Assembly: GCA_976226885.1 (NCBI GenBank)
Contig: OZ320313.1
Location: 115,258,001-115,322,000 of the forward strand
Length of the DNA: 64,000 bases
DNA from: Iphione sp. A-MEVVRFRX5
Taxonomy: Eukaryota
Direction: 5' to 3'
In this document: piece after piece, positions 1-13,700 of the stretch
Numbering within the stretch: the stretch's first letter is position 1
Layout of the letters: each line of letters begins with the position of its first letter
The notes under the pieces: model-generated
The model's database searches: none
Told to the model about the DNA's origin: nothing
What the model saw: the letters and a program-made list of their open reading frames with translations, nothing else
Program-made: the position numbers and the translations under genes

Positions 1-530
1 CCTCGGTGCCTCAGCCTATGACCTTTCCTAGGTGTTGCTGGCTGGGCTCCTTGCAAGCTAGAACGATCGGTCCCAACCTGCTGGTGGCTGGGCCGGCCAA
101 CATTCACTACCACCGTTCCCGCATGCCTGCGCGTACTGTCCGCCGCTGTCTGCGTCTTGGCGTCTCTCGGCGCTTGAGGTCGCGTCTGATGAGACTGTCC
201 GCCATGGTGGTTAGTCGAAGCGGTCCCTTGATTACTCGAAGTCAAATAGTTCGCGAATTTCGAGCCGTACTTCTGGTAGCGATCGCTCAGCTGTGGCCGA
301 AACTCCGGCGTGACAGCCGGCCGAGCTCCCTCGTCCGCCGGCCGAGTAAGAGGCTCCTCAGCTTTGGCCAGTGTCAAGGGACCTTTAACTTTCACTTCGG
401 GTTTCGTCCAGTTTGGCTTTCGGTCTTGGTTATTTGATGAGGTCCGAGAGGTTTTGGACGTAGCCACCGATGGCTCCATGGGAATTGTATACTCGTACAT
501 GATGCCATGATTTTCTTGTTGCTTGAGAAG
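1..530 (-). CDS. THSD4: ADAMTSL exon: end of spacer domain plus long Cys-free S/T/P/R-rich linker (partial, runs off the window)
   Basis: Acceptor cctcttttgcAG (plus-strand CT at 531-532), phase 0. It reads LLKQQENHGIMYEYTIPMEPSVATSKTSRTSSNNQDRKPNWTKPEVKVKG...PRKGHRLRHR, open for 176 codons to the edge. The 'QQENHGIMYEY' segment matches the spacer C-terminal motif (QxxNPGxxYEY). Confidence 0.9.
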
Positions 531-3500
531 CTGCAAAAGAGGGACACAAAAAAGCATTTAAAAAGGATCCGTCATTTTACGTCATTGATTTCTGCCCCTT
601 TGTGCAGAAGCCATTCATAAACTATTCATTCCTTACACGTATAGGTGGTAAAAGAGAAGTCTTTGACATAAATGTACGTTCTAGGACCAATTTAATCTCC
701 ATTCCTCTCTATTGTCTTTCCTGAGGTGCTTTAATGTTACCGGTAGGCTTGACAAGGCATAAGCAACAAAGCTGGCATAGAAGCAACTCCATCTCTAATG
801 CAATTGGCTTCTGTATGCGGGGATAAAGGAGGCCAACCCTATTGCCATCGCTCGTCTTGGTGCCTTTGTCCTAATATACACTCTGCATTACCGGCAATAC
901 AATGGTTGCTCTGAATCACGCCTTCCTATAACTTCTTCCACACATCTGTGTTTACGAGCCCATGGAGAGGACAAAAGATTTTACAAGGGAGCATGGATAT
1001 CGATTTTACGATAGGCACCTTTCGTAAGGAGCAGGTCTCCCGAGTCCGAAGAAGAATGGATATATGAGTGGTGTTTCAATGCAAGCCCTTTTTCAATTTG
1101 CCAAGGTATCATCTAGAAACGTAATTTTTGCACTTATACTGAAAAGGACGTTGCAATTCATGATCTGAATGTGATGGTCTGATGGGTGTGACTGACGCCG
1201 TCTTTCTTCAAATGACAAACATTTCGTACGTAATGGTGAACATCGGAAAGACTTACAAAGTTTTCCTGGCGTAAAAATGCCAGAGAAAGTTTCCATTTAT
1301 ATATTCAAATAGGATCGAAATGAAGTAAGGGACGTATGGATGGAGTAAGCTACTACCGGCGAATCTGTAATGTTTGCCATTATGTCTCAAATCATAGAGA
1401 TATTACACAGAGGCTTTTACTGCTATCAGCATCCAACACAGATGTGAATTGACCGTTTCGGAATTGCTTGCCGTCGGAGACATAAAGCACCCGTCAGTTA
1501 TGCTCTTACCGTGGCAAACAAAATTTCGTCAGATCAGCATAACATTGGGTTGACCAGAAATCACTCCTCACTACATGTATTTGGAGGCCTGAGCTAGCTC
1601 TGCCCGAGGAGGCATACATGAACGCCTTACCTCCACCAACCTACACAATTCATTGTAGAGCATCTACACATTGTGGAATGTGGAGAGATGAGATTGATGC
1701 ATCAGTAACGGGGTGCTCATGTTGTGTTGTTGGGCGACTATATGAACGTGAAATTGCAGGGGATATGTGCCCCTTTTTGCTCACGTCGTTCTGAAATAAA
1801 CATCTGCTCGTAACTCCAGAGACCGCCTTATATTTCACGGAGTGTTTTAACATGGCGCAACACTACACCGCACATACGTGCTCATTCCGGCTCAGAATTT
1901 AGTTCTTACAGACTGCGAAGGACATGTATTACAGTTGATAAATTGCGATATCGAAAGAGCCAGAAATGTTTAAAACGAGTTCGAGAGCTCTCTGGCCTTA
2001 ATTGCGAACTCTTTATGACATATTTCCAAAGATGTTTATCTTCCTTACCGTTAGGAACATATATGTATATGAAAACGACAAAATAGTAGGCAATCATTTC
2101 TAAATCTTATTAATTTCCAGATACTTTTCATACATTTCTGTAAGAGAATCCCATGTAAACAACATGTGGTTCGCCTTTCCCTTATCCTTGCTGCAGACTC
2201 TCCGAAGGTGTACATTTGAAGCCTCTTCTCACTTTTCAAGTGCTTCTTCAGCGAAATATAATATAGGCCATCTAGCAAGAAGAAGGGAGTATTTTCTTCA
2301 TCCCTGAACTCAATAATAGCACCATGCAAAGAACAGACTCGTCAATCCGCATTTCATTAGACATGTTCAGAGGGACAATAGAAGTCTTTGCGCTTCATTT
2401 GTAACAAAAGGAGTCCCGTGATGCTAGAATTACACCGGGGATCCGCAGAAAGCCATGAGGAATCCAGAGAACACTTTGTGGCTAGTAATCATAGCCAGAA
2501 AGGGAGCTATTGCGGCTAATACCACAAGAGAAGAACTCTTCAGCATTCGCACATCACTGATTAAGAGACAATCAGATTTCGTTGACAGGAAAGCCGCAAG
2601 GCTCTTCAGTGGCTCATGCGCCTGACTTTTAAAGCACATTTCTCCGTCAGTGATGTGCGACCAATGAAAGCCTCCTGTTGAAGAAGGGGCATTGTTAAGG
2701 ATCATCCTTGATGAGAAACAAGCTGATGGTTATTTCTTGTTTATGGGTAGAATTCTTGATTATAGATCATTTGTAGATTGGCATGGAATAAACCTCTTCC
2801 TGAACAATCCGGTCTGATTTGAAGACAAGCTTTTCTTGAACATACGGGTGCATACACTCTTATATTTTGAAATTAATTGTTACTTCTATAGGGTGCTCAT
2901 ATTTTCCATTCTATTTACAGTCTAATGCAGGGAGTCTTCAATATGCTTAAATTACATTTCTTCATTTCAATAATTATTATATCGAGGCGTCACTTACGCA
3001 GTGGTTTCCTTTTTAGCGCAGGTAATAACCATATGATATTATACGCTGAGTGTTACGCTCTGAATAAGAATAAAATATTAATTATCAGCATCTTATATGA
3101 GTTTGTTTTAGCGTATTGAGGTGGAGACGCACGGAATAAAATCTAAGGTGCTGATAAATGTACAACTGATAGACTCCATAGTGTACATTAAAGTTTTAAA
3201 ATATCAAAGGACGTGGCCAGTAGTTTTTTTTATTAGTTTTAGTATCTAAGGAGAAAAAAACACGGGAAGAAGAGTCATGATTTAAAACCCTCCTCTGCAT
3301 TTCAGCAATTAGATACTGGATGAAAACGAACTTTGTGAGAATGGACTTCGCGGATTGGATCAACCCGCTTTGCTCCATTAATAACTGACGACTTTTCTGT
3401 TATTCTAATCAATCGCAATTATAATGAGTTACACTAAAAACAGCAAAGTTCTATTGATGGTCCCCTTTCCCAGGTCCTCCTCCCTGGTCTTGGTGCTCCT

Positions 3501-5848
3501 TCATCCCCTGCTCTTATCAAACCTTGACGCCAAAGTCTAAACACGGACGAAGGGCGCGATAATTATCATGATTAAAGCGACTTTTTCCTTCTAGTAGACC
3601 AAGATGATGCATGTTTTCTGTGTTCATTACTTTAAGATAAGGGCTAAATCCTTGAGACAAGCAAACAGTGAAAGTCGTATTATATGGGGTCGGTGCCTGC
3701 GGTGCAGGCAGCAAGAGCAGACATCGAGATGGAACCTCTGCTGTTGCTAGGATAAAGACAATCCTCTTCCTGATACATTGCCGCTCTCTTAATACCCGCA
3801 AGGGAAACGGGTTTGATTCTACAGCTACCCTGGATGTTGTAGGGTTTCCTATTCGTTAATTATGGGGAAGGTCAAAATGAGGAAGCGAACAACACTTCAT
3901 TCCGTGGAGGCCATGACCTTTTGCGTGATGGATCAGACTATCCATCTCAGCATATACTTGTTTCCAATCAGATTGCAATGGAGATTTTCTCACTGAAATC
4001 ACGTTCTCCTAGAATACAGAGTTTAAATCGGTAGTTTCCTTTAGAGAGGTCATCTGATTCCGACAAACGAGAAGGCATGATGTGCGATTAGAACCATAAA
4101 ATGTTGTCCTTTCTCGATTTGTGAAAACATGGAGTGGTAAGATATGATTGAGGTGGAAATTTTAGGCAGTAATCTTGAATGGTAACATACTGTCATCACA
4201 CTATCCTTCTGAAACGAATGTTACTCTGTACTTGAAAATAGATTTAAGAACACCGCTTTTGTTACTTTAATATGTACAATATACGTAGTTTTATTTATGT
4301 TCCCCTATTTTAACATTATAATATATCATTAGCACCTTGTCTGAATAAAACAGGAGGACTGCAGGATTAATTGTTAATCAAATCAGCAAAGATGTGGCCT
4401 AATAATATTGATTTAGTATTGGACGCAAGAGGACCTTCTTCGGACAGTTAATCAAAGGGAAAAAGCCGTGGCTGTAATTGAAAAGACCGAACAGGGCGAA
4501 AGCGAGGCACCAGAGAAGGAAGTAACATGCGTTTTGTCGGGCAACAAAGTGCCTTTTTTCCTGGATCACGGTCTGCAAAGTTTTTGTAGCCATTTTACAA
4601 ATACCGATACACAAAAATGTGGTGAAAATCAATAAAATATCGGCCAGTTGGTCGGTGCAAACACATATATTTACACATCGTAAAAGAAAATGTTACCCAT
4701 ATATGTTGTGATACGAACATCGTTTACTGTACATTGGGTATATCTACACTTTATTTTAAAGAAGTGTACTGCAGGGACAGAAATTAGTTGCAAGTAAAAC
4801 GTCCTATAACATGGGGATCTAGACAAAAGCACTTGTTGGGCGTAAACAATAAAATGAAATGAAAACGAGGACAATAACCATGCACAGCTATGTAAACAAT
4901 GCCTTTTCTCTTACCACTCTCTGTGATGGATGGAAATGAAGAAAAACATTCAATAACTATCAGTTTCAGATGGAAAATTTAGGACAGGTGCACAGTAACA
5001 TGACATTTTAATGTTTGACATAGAAAAGGGCTTGCACCAGGAGAGAGAGAGAGTGCAAGGCACACTGGAAAGAACAGAGGGAAAAAGACTCATCATTAAC
5101 TGCCGGTCAGTGACACTGAGCAGCCTGCTGCGGTCGGCGAGAGGAACATTTATCTTGTAAGGACCCATGATGAGGAATCTCCAGTTGACCCTCCTGTTCA
5201 ACGGCAATTTTGGTTTAACCCCTCCTGTATTTAGAAAAAAAGACTGTAACCAATATATTGCAATATATCAAACTTCGTTTGAATCGAACAGAGAATGGGA
5301 CGACAATAAGGAACATGGACACAAGAACTCAGCAGCCGCTACACATGGCAGGCCTACGTAGTGCTGCAGATGGTTTGCATTTACAGCGACGATCATGGGA
5401 CAGCAAACTGAGTATACGCCGCTTATTTTTCATTTATAATTGCTGACTTATTGTGGGCACACACTGAGCTAGGAGCCTGAGAGCAGATGTCCACCACACT
5501 TTGAAAGTACCGACGACCGAGGCGCAAGAGTTTACTGGGTGACTTGTGTCGGCATGCACATTTGTCTAGTGTCAGGCCTCCGTCTCGTGTGTTAGGACAT
5601 GGTAAGTGATCGGGGGCACGATTCTCTGCACATGATAACGAAAACAACAGCAGATGAAGGCACGCTACGAAAATGCATACCAGGTCCTTCCGTTCGTGGA
5701 GAACTACGTATGCCATTAAAGTAACTGTGCACAGGCAATCGTGTGAATGTGAATATTACAGTTCTAAAGTGCAACGTTATGGAGGGAGAATGCTTGCAGA
5801 ATGTTCCTTTCATTTTATCTATTTAAAAGGACTTAAGGAGACGCTTAC

Positions 5849-6033
5849 CATGACGTCGATGCTTTCGTTGGTGGGGCCTTTGCCAATGATAAACTCCTTG
5901 TGGCCTTTTAGTTGTAGCTGGCTGGGTGTGGGGCGATGGTATCTGAAGACAGTTCCCGCTGCATGGTATTCTTTGCTCGCGCCGACTACCCAGTTACCGT
6001 TTATCATATACTGACCGGACGACAGCTTCAATG
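5849..6033 (-). CDS. THSD4: ADAMTSL exon: central spacer domain
   Basis: Acceptor ttgcttatttccAG (6034-6035) and donor ATG|GTAAGC (5847-5848); 185 bp, phase 1 to 0. It reads (A)LKLSSGQYMINGNWVVGASKEYHAAGTVFRYHRPTPSQLQLKGHKEFIIGKGPTNESIDVM, with spacer motifs INGNW, AGTVFxYxR and GPTNE. Confidence 0.95.
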
Positions 6034-7713
6034 CTGGAAATAAGCAAAAACAACCCCAAAATATAAAGATAATAAATCCGGACCACCAGAATTAACATGC
6101 TGTACATGGCTCGAACCATCAGTAGTGGACTCGATACGTTTAACATGGAGACCTGTTTTAGACCAGTCACAATCAACGTGTACAGGAAGTATCCCCGGCT
6201 TTTTAATGATGCTGAGACAGACCTTGATCAGCTAGAGACCATAACAAGATGTCCCCATGTGGCAAACAACAGTGACTTCAGGAAGTCTACACACGTGAAC
6301 ATCCATCTTTTTTTTATGGTCATGGCTATAACAGAAAGGCAACTACGTAGCACGTAATGGCGTCTTAAAGTCCTCAATGTACTCTTTCCTACATCCGCTT
6401 TAACGAAGTAAACTCGTTTTCCATATAAAGAGGACGTTGGATTTCGCCTCTCTTCTACACATCTTTTTCGCCCATTGTAAATTTTATTAGCAATCACCTA
6501 CGTGTGTACAAACCAGATAAAAAAAATAGTGTATTGTTTATATATATTCCAATTAAAAACAAATTTTGTAGTTAGGTCTGCACTTGATATTCAAGGAAAA
6601 CACACCAGCATATACAAAATAGGTGCTACGAACGAAAATGACCATGGCCAGAATGTGTCTTGGCAGGAATTTTAGTAACCTTCACGAAGCCTGTCGAACA
6701 ATGCTCAGAAATACCGTCTTCCATGGCTAACCGAGAAATCTAGAATGAAGAAATCACTATGTCTGACATAATTCCCTGAACAACATTTTGTATTAGAATA
6801 TTAATACATGTATTTACTAAACAGGAATTTCCACATAACCAATCAAAAGAACTGCGACCACGCACTGTAGGAAAACGGGGTTCGCCTGTGTATAATGCAA
6901 ATCTTTCCATTACCACCGAGCCCTGATGCAAAATGGTAGGAGGAATAATCTCCACTGGCTATATAATTGACTACCTACAATATGAATCACGGGTGTAGAT
7001 CAGAAAGTCTATAATGTTGCGATGAGAAATCAGAATGTCCTGCTACAGACCTGCAGACCTTTATCGCTCTTTATGGACGACTACTATTTGCGGACCATTA
7101 GCCGTTGAACTGATCGAAATCATAGAAACTGCCAAAGGCACCCCGTCCTGTGGAGGGCTCACCGAGAGGATTGGAAAATGAATTATCATCGATCCAGGAC
7201 TGCAACTTTAGAGACGCCTCCACCTAACAAACAGCCTCACTTTGTCAGAAAGTAGTGTGCAATTGTAGGCACTCCGATCGACCAGCCCGCGGAAGTGCTT
7301 TTTTTGACCATCCAGCAGAATCCCTGTTGATCCTGTCTTGGTTATTTTATTTTTGGGTAAAACAAAATGCATTTGCCAGCTTTTAGGATAAGGAGACTCT
7401 TTTACTTGCCGATCAGCAAACCTCTGGAAATATATTGTGCATATACTAGGCTAAACTAGACATTGTAGATTTACAGAAAACAGTTGTAGTACCGTCTTCG
7501 ATGCTAAGGTAAGGCAGTGCTGTCTTATAACCTTAGCACTTTTTGGGTAACCGGCACGTAACATTCAGTCTTATGTTTTGCGAGGAGAAAACCGACAGGA
7601 AGGGACTACTTTTCTGTGTGTAAAGAAATAAACTTCACGTATACCCCATATGATGCATGAGATCGATCCAGTGCCTATGGTAAGTTTCTAAGAGCGACGC
7701 TGCTTGCAACGAT

Positions 7714-7753
7714 CACACACAGAGACACACATACACATACACACGCACATACA
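7714..7753. repeat. Imperfect (CA)/(CATA) microsatellite
   Basis: cacacacagagacacacatacacatacacacgcacataca. Confidence 0.7.
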
Positions 7754-10700
7754 TGCTTGCGGGCCTATACGAGGGGGATCCATCTTGGCTGAGTGGCCGA
7801 TAGAGTGGTCAATTTGGACGGTGGTCAGAGATCGGGCGAGCAGAGAGAGCAGCTCAGGGGCACACTGTGATCAGTATGGGTCTGGACGGCCTCTGCTAAG
7901 CCAGATCAATACACTGAACCCTGGTGGCCTGGCGACCAATAATGCACTCTACGTCGAAATGATGTCACGGCGTTGAGGAAAAAGAACGTCGCCACAGATC
8001 CCATTAAAAGATAAGACTGTTCCTCTCATTTTATCTTCTCAGAGTGTGTCTCTTTCTCTCGATGTTTGCTTGTCCGATATTTCTCTGGATGTGTGCTCTT
8101 TCCGCCCTGACAGGTATCGAGAAGAGCACTGATGTCAGCAACATCAGACCAGGTAATGTGAGGTACTGTCTAATCTGCCATTTCTCTCTTTGGCCGGGAA
8201 ATGTCTGGTTTTCCAGCGCTTCGCAATAGTGTGATTGATAGAAACAGCATGCACAATGCTTTATATGCCTAATTCATACGAATTTTAAGAAACATTGAAG
8301 ATTTAATGCAGGCATAATTACAAATATTGCTTTTTCTCCAGCAATTTATCATATACCAATTACGTTATGGATTTGATTGTGGCTTGCAGTAGTATATACC
8401 CAATACATCACGCACCTGTATATTTTGCAACCGCTTTAGGATCATCGCATAGATTCAGAGGATGACGATAATATTGTGGAGATCCACAATATGTGTGCCT
8501 ACGGCAGAGAGTGGCAACGTAAAAATCAATCTTTCCCAGCCATTTACCAATACCTTAAAGGGATGAGTCAGCATAAATGGAATCCCTGCATTCAGGAAGT
8601 ATTTCGAATCATTAAAGCAATGACTGTCTTTTCAATAATGAATATAAATTAAAGTGCTGTCTAATCGCAGTGAAGTGCTGTTTAGATATACCTAAAAACT
8701 ATATACTATATCTCACCAACAAATCTCCCCAATCCCCTAGGATGACTGCACAGATCGTTTCATTAAATCCTCTCGGTTACCACCCAGGAATATTCCTGGA
8801 GAGGCGTTGAAACGAGTATACATTAAAATAACACGAAACTACAGTAGACATAGTCGGTACATAAACAGATCTGTTTCACGACTGACCATCAAAGATTTTA
8901 ACACTCATGGAACGAGCCCCACATTCGAGAGAGGCCATGTTGCGATCTGGAACCATTCGACACATTAGGTGAAGTTAATGGGCCTGATCTTTACAGAAAT
9001 AATGACAGTCGCATTAGATGCTGCCAACATGTTCTCTATCTAATAAGTAGGAATCACTAATTGCACTACAACCTCTAAATATTCACGAAACACTAGAATA
9101 CCATCAAACCTTCTTTGCAACAGCTACTGAGAGGAATAGCGACATCAATAAACGAAGGGATAAACGTGTCTGACTGAATACATGTATTTAGAGAGGAAAA
9201 AAATATTTGAAGAGGAAAACCAAAAATTTTGTGCAACAACGGAAGGTTACGTAAGCTGTATTTCTCCCTAACCGCTTTTAATCTATTTAAGTAGATGATA
9301 TAATTACTACATTCATTATACACCTTCTGCAACGCAACAACAAGACCAATAACGGTTCAAAATGAATCAGACTAATGTAGCCTATTGCATTTTGTTGACT
9401 GTTTGATAAGATGTACTTGTTTTTATATCTTGTTGGAAACTGCACGGTGCATTTTAAGCGTTCACTCAATTAACATCATGTCAGCAACTGGAAGGGAAAT
9501 TGACAAAAATAGCAGCGAGCGTGAACGCAGCACCCGAACTCCACGGGGACCACTGGGGGGGGGGGGTGCGCTTGTCTATTACTTCCATGGAAAATTCATC
9601 TGTTATTCTATGCTTTCTTATCTGCTATGAATAATCAGTTTGCAGCGTTTATACCTGGAATGAAAAACACTCCAGTCCATGCTGTGCAGTATATGTAATT
9701 AGGTAATTAACTACATACATGGAAGCTTCAGTTTTAATCCCGAAGGGCGTTACTTTTTTAATACACACAGGTGCAGGACACTTGTCACATACAGGGGTCT
9801 GCAGGTCAATCAAATGAGAGTGTGGGTGGGGTGGAGGGAAGTAAGTGTTACCAGGGACAGGGAAAGCAGTTTTACATAATATGTTTGCTATAATCGCTTC
9901 GGGTAAAATACAGCTTTCTGTGAATTACTATGAATTTCTATGAATTACTTTATGAATATTCTCAGATCTGAAACGTTCATAGAGTACGCCATATCAAGCG
10001 AAGAAATTAAAAGCATAAATCACGTCCTCACGTCATTTTGAGTTTAGTTCGATAGAAATCATTTTGTAGCTCATGGTCAGAGAGCGTATGGTTTAGGAGT
10101 ACATAGGCCAAATTCGTTTCAAATCGTGTAAGGTAGTTCTGACAGGATGTCCCCCGGCACCTCTATGACGGTCTCCAACGTTGTTTCCTGACAGCTTAGA
10201 GTGGCATTCTGAGCCTGGACAACACATTACAAAAAGCAGGATGTCATAATGACGTCCGAGATTGACAACCCATTACTCTCTGTCCACTTCCCTGGAGTGC
10301 CAGCCTATCACACTGCACAACGATCAAAGTCATTTGGCACGTCTGAGAAACGGCCGTCGTGACTTTTATGAATTGGATTGAATGAAGAAAAGATTGTTTT
10401 TAAATGCCCGTGAACCGAAGACGAACCTGTACCGAATACAATCCAAGCTGGCTGGGTTTGCCATCAATGGCAAGATGGCGTGTTCCCATCACTTGATGTC
10501 AGACACTGCAAATCATTAAGGTATTTGAAACTGTCCCAAATTTAAATGAGTTTTTTAGTTGCTTGGTGGTGTAAGTAAACACGGCTTCCGACTAGGAACT
10601 TGAGTCAGTAATTACATGTAGGAAACACCGCGTGAATAGATTCATTCAATTACTCAACCGAACCCGAGTGAGGACGTTTGGGACAACAAGACCGAGCCAC

Positions 10701-13700
10701 ATCGTTGAATGAAATCTGCCGTACTTTTTTATGTATCTGGCTGATTTAGAATGGTCACCACTTTTTCAGAACTGATGACAGCTGAGATTGATAAAAATTA
10801 CAAACGAAAAAAGGTCTACGAGCTATCTGGGCGGCATCTTGACTTATACTGCTTTTTATTGCTATACTTTTATGTGTACCCCATGTGCTTTTTGAATAGT
10901 AGAGAAAATATTGAATGGAATGAGAAAAGCCTCTGTTATTTATTGCTCAAGACTAAATACTTCTCTCCTGATATTGGTACTTGATTCATTTTATATATTC
11001 AGTATTGAATAAGAATGTGACAGTTCGAACGAAAGTAATGCCATAACATTTACCCTGTGGCTTTGAGGATGATACTAAAGCCGGATGGTGTGGAAATAAA
11101 AAAGGGTCACCGTCCCTAATTGTAAAGTCAAACGACAGAGACACGTCACTGAATGCAAATGAAAGAAAGGGTAACAAGCGCCTCCTCCTACTTCGGACTT
11201 AACAGTATGGTTCGCGAATAGACCAATTGAAAGATTTGTTAGAGCAGTTTGCCATCTGAATAGACTATAATTTACTAGAATAGTGCCTGATGAGGCAGTG
11301 GTTGAAGTGTCCCACCGATCCTTTGGAGACTGGATTAAAATACCAAATTGACTTTCCTGTCATGGAAAGAACGTGCGTAGCACGGAAGCCTTTCTTGTCG
11401 CATGAACGGAAGCCACAATAATAGGTTGAATATTGGCTTTCCTTGTGTTGCGAAAAGGAAGTATTCCAAGTAGTTGCCCTATGTAAGGACTGCACGAAAC
11501 AGACCTCTCTGAAGTGAGAGCAGAACGGCCTTAACTGGGACATCGACACACAGAATGAGGTTTTTATGGTTTCCATTTGATCGGCTGAAGCCATGGCTTA
11601 TTCGTACAGCCAGGGTTGTAGAAACGGAGGACTAACATACTCGACGAAGAACCTCTCGGAGCTCGCAGCAGGTCCTCCGGTTTAGGACGCAAGGGTGTTG
11701 GGTATGTCACGTCCGTGTGATACAGACCCTGCGGGGCACGGGACAATGAGTGATCAGCCACCGGCCTCGCCATGGCAACGATCTGTCTCTCTCCCTCAGT
11801 CGTAATGATACCTTCTCACCCGGTCGGTTGCCGAGGGCCTGCCTCAGAGGAGGAGCTGTTCACAGGTGTACCAGGCAGGAAGGTGACAAGCCCCACCCAG
11901 TTATCCTCCCCCCTTGTGGCCAGTCTACGTCCCTCCAAGGGCTCGATGTTACACATTCAACAAGCAAAGTTATGAGGCAGCTGTCCGGCTGGCGTCCCCC
12001 AGGTCCTTAAACCTTCTGTCGAAAGTGCCAGACTGTTTATGTCTTCTGGCTTATTCTGTACTTTTGTAAAATACATCAAATTATTGAATTGAACAGTTGG
12101 TATTGTCTTAAATAACAAAAATTTGTTTACATTTTATCTGAAGCTCTGACGGAATTTAGGTAGTGCACATAAAGGCAAACTAGTTACAACGTGAAAGCCC
12201 GTGTCGTCCAGTCTATATTTCTATCCTCCAATTCAGTTAGTTCAACAGTTTCTTTCGTGGAAAATCCACTTGTATTTAACCATATCGTTATCACTACTGT
12301 TGAAGTACTTATATACATCAAAGAGAAGACAACCGGAGAAAGGTTTACCTCTAAAGCTTGCTAAAACATGGGATATTCTTGTGTGTAAACATACAATTTA
12401 GGTTCAAAAGAAATACTGTCAACTGATTTTTCATGAAAAAATGCTGTTTATGAAAAACGAAAAGTACTATCGCACTGCCGGGAACCAGTCTTGATTTCCA
12501 CTGACTTATATTTTGAGCAGAAAAGTTTAGAATGTTGTGATTAGTTCTATGTCATCAAGGTACGCACGATGATTTCCCTCTTGGTAGAATAGGGGTATCC
12601 GTTGGCCATGAGGCAAGGCTGCCAATCAGAGGGTGAATACCTAGAGAGTGACAAAGCATTGCAACCGCCGGCGTATGCTGGCACGAAGTACTCAGGTATG
12701 AAGCAAACAGTACTGACAAATGAACATCTCCTTTATCTATTTTCTCATGGAAGGAGTACTTTTAGTAGTACTAGTAATTTGAATCAGTATGTTTCTCTCA
12801 TGTGCAGTCGACACATGCTTTCTGAACTGTCAGCGTACAAATTTCCAAAACTGAACATTATCCAGCAACACAATAAACTTTTAATCGACGGGAATATTCC
12901 TCATATCTGAATTTCCCCTTGACTGCAAGATGTTTCATGAAACGGGTGGTCCGGTAAGTTTGGGTCGACTCTGTACCAAATTGATCATTCGTTGACCGTG
13001 TGATCAGGATTCCCCGAGGATGCAGGCGAAGGTCACTAACCCTGAGCCCCCTACCGTCGAATGCCTACACAATGTGTATTTTCTCGGTAATCATCTTAAA
13101 ACGTATTCTTCCTGAAAATGCGAATCTACGAACAACGGGTACAAAATCTAACTTTTTATAAGGTCACATACTTGAAAGTTAATTGCCATTCCGTTTAAAG
13201 CCTGTGAACCTGGTAGATACCTAGGGGGCTCAAATCGTGTGGCAAGTTTTAAGACAACTCCACATAAATTTTCTTTTACAAAATACTGATCGTACGTTTT
13301 GCAGCAAAGGTAGCAAATACGTTATTTATTAACGTAAGGAAACGCTACCGAGCCTAAACGATAGGTAAACGTTACAAATCAAGGTCTTCTCTCTGCCTAG
13401 ACTGCATGGTATCAAGAACTGCATTCCTATATAGAATTATAAACCCATATCTCGTAAACAGTCTTCACAGCCCCTCCTAATTGCTAGAGTGCTTCTTAAA
13501 GCAACACAATGTATCTCTTTACAGCAAGAAAATAAACTGACCGTTAATCTAGATGTGTCCCTGTAGAGATGAACTGATCGATATTCATCTGGCACCAGCT
13601 TTTCGTTTAGTGAAAACAATATCTCATTGATTCATAATTATATCATCATAGTCGCAAACTAAAAAATATTCGCAACGAGCTGATTCCTGTTACATTTGTT

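Noticed and set aside
6-510. Plus-strand ORFs 6..437 (143 aa) and 310..510
   Set aside because: Antisense shadows of the real minus-strand exon 1-530; no independent motif.
700-2900. Stretch with protein-like fragments in several frames (e.g. FTWDSLTEMYEKYLEI, ILFEYINGNFL), suggesting a decayed transposase or pseudogene
   Set aside because: Stop density is not clearly below background and no diagnostic motif (DDE, RT, kinase HRD/DFG) was found. A tblastx/Dfam search is needed to decide.
11265-12010. GC-richer patch with overlapping short ORFs
   Set aside because: No recognisable domain; possibly degraded TE sequence, but unsupported.
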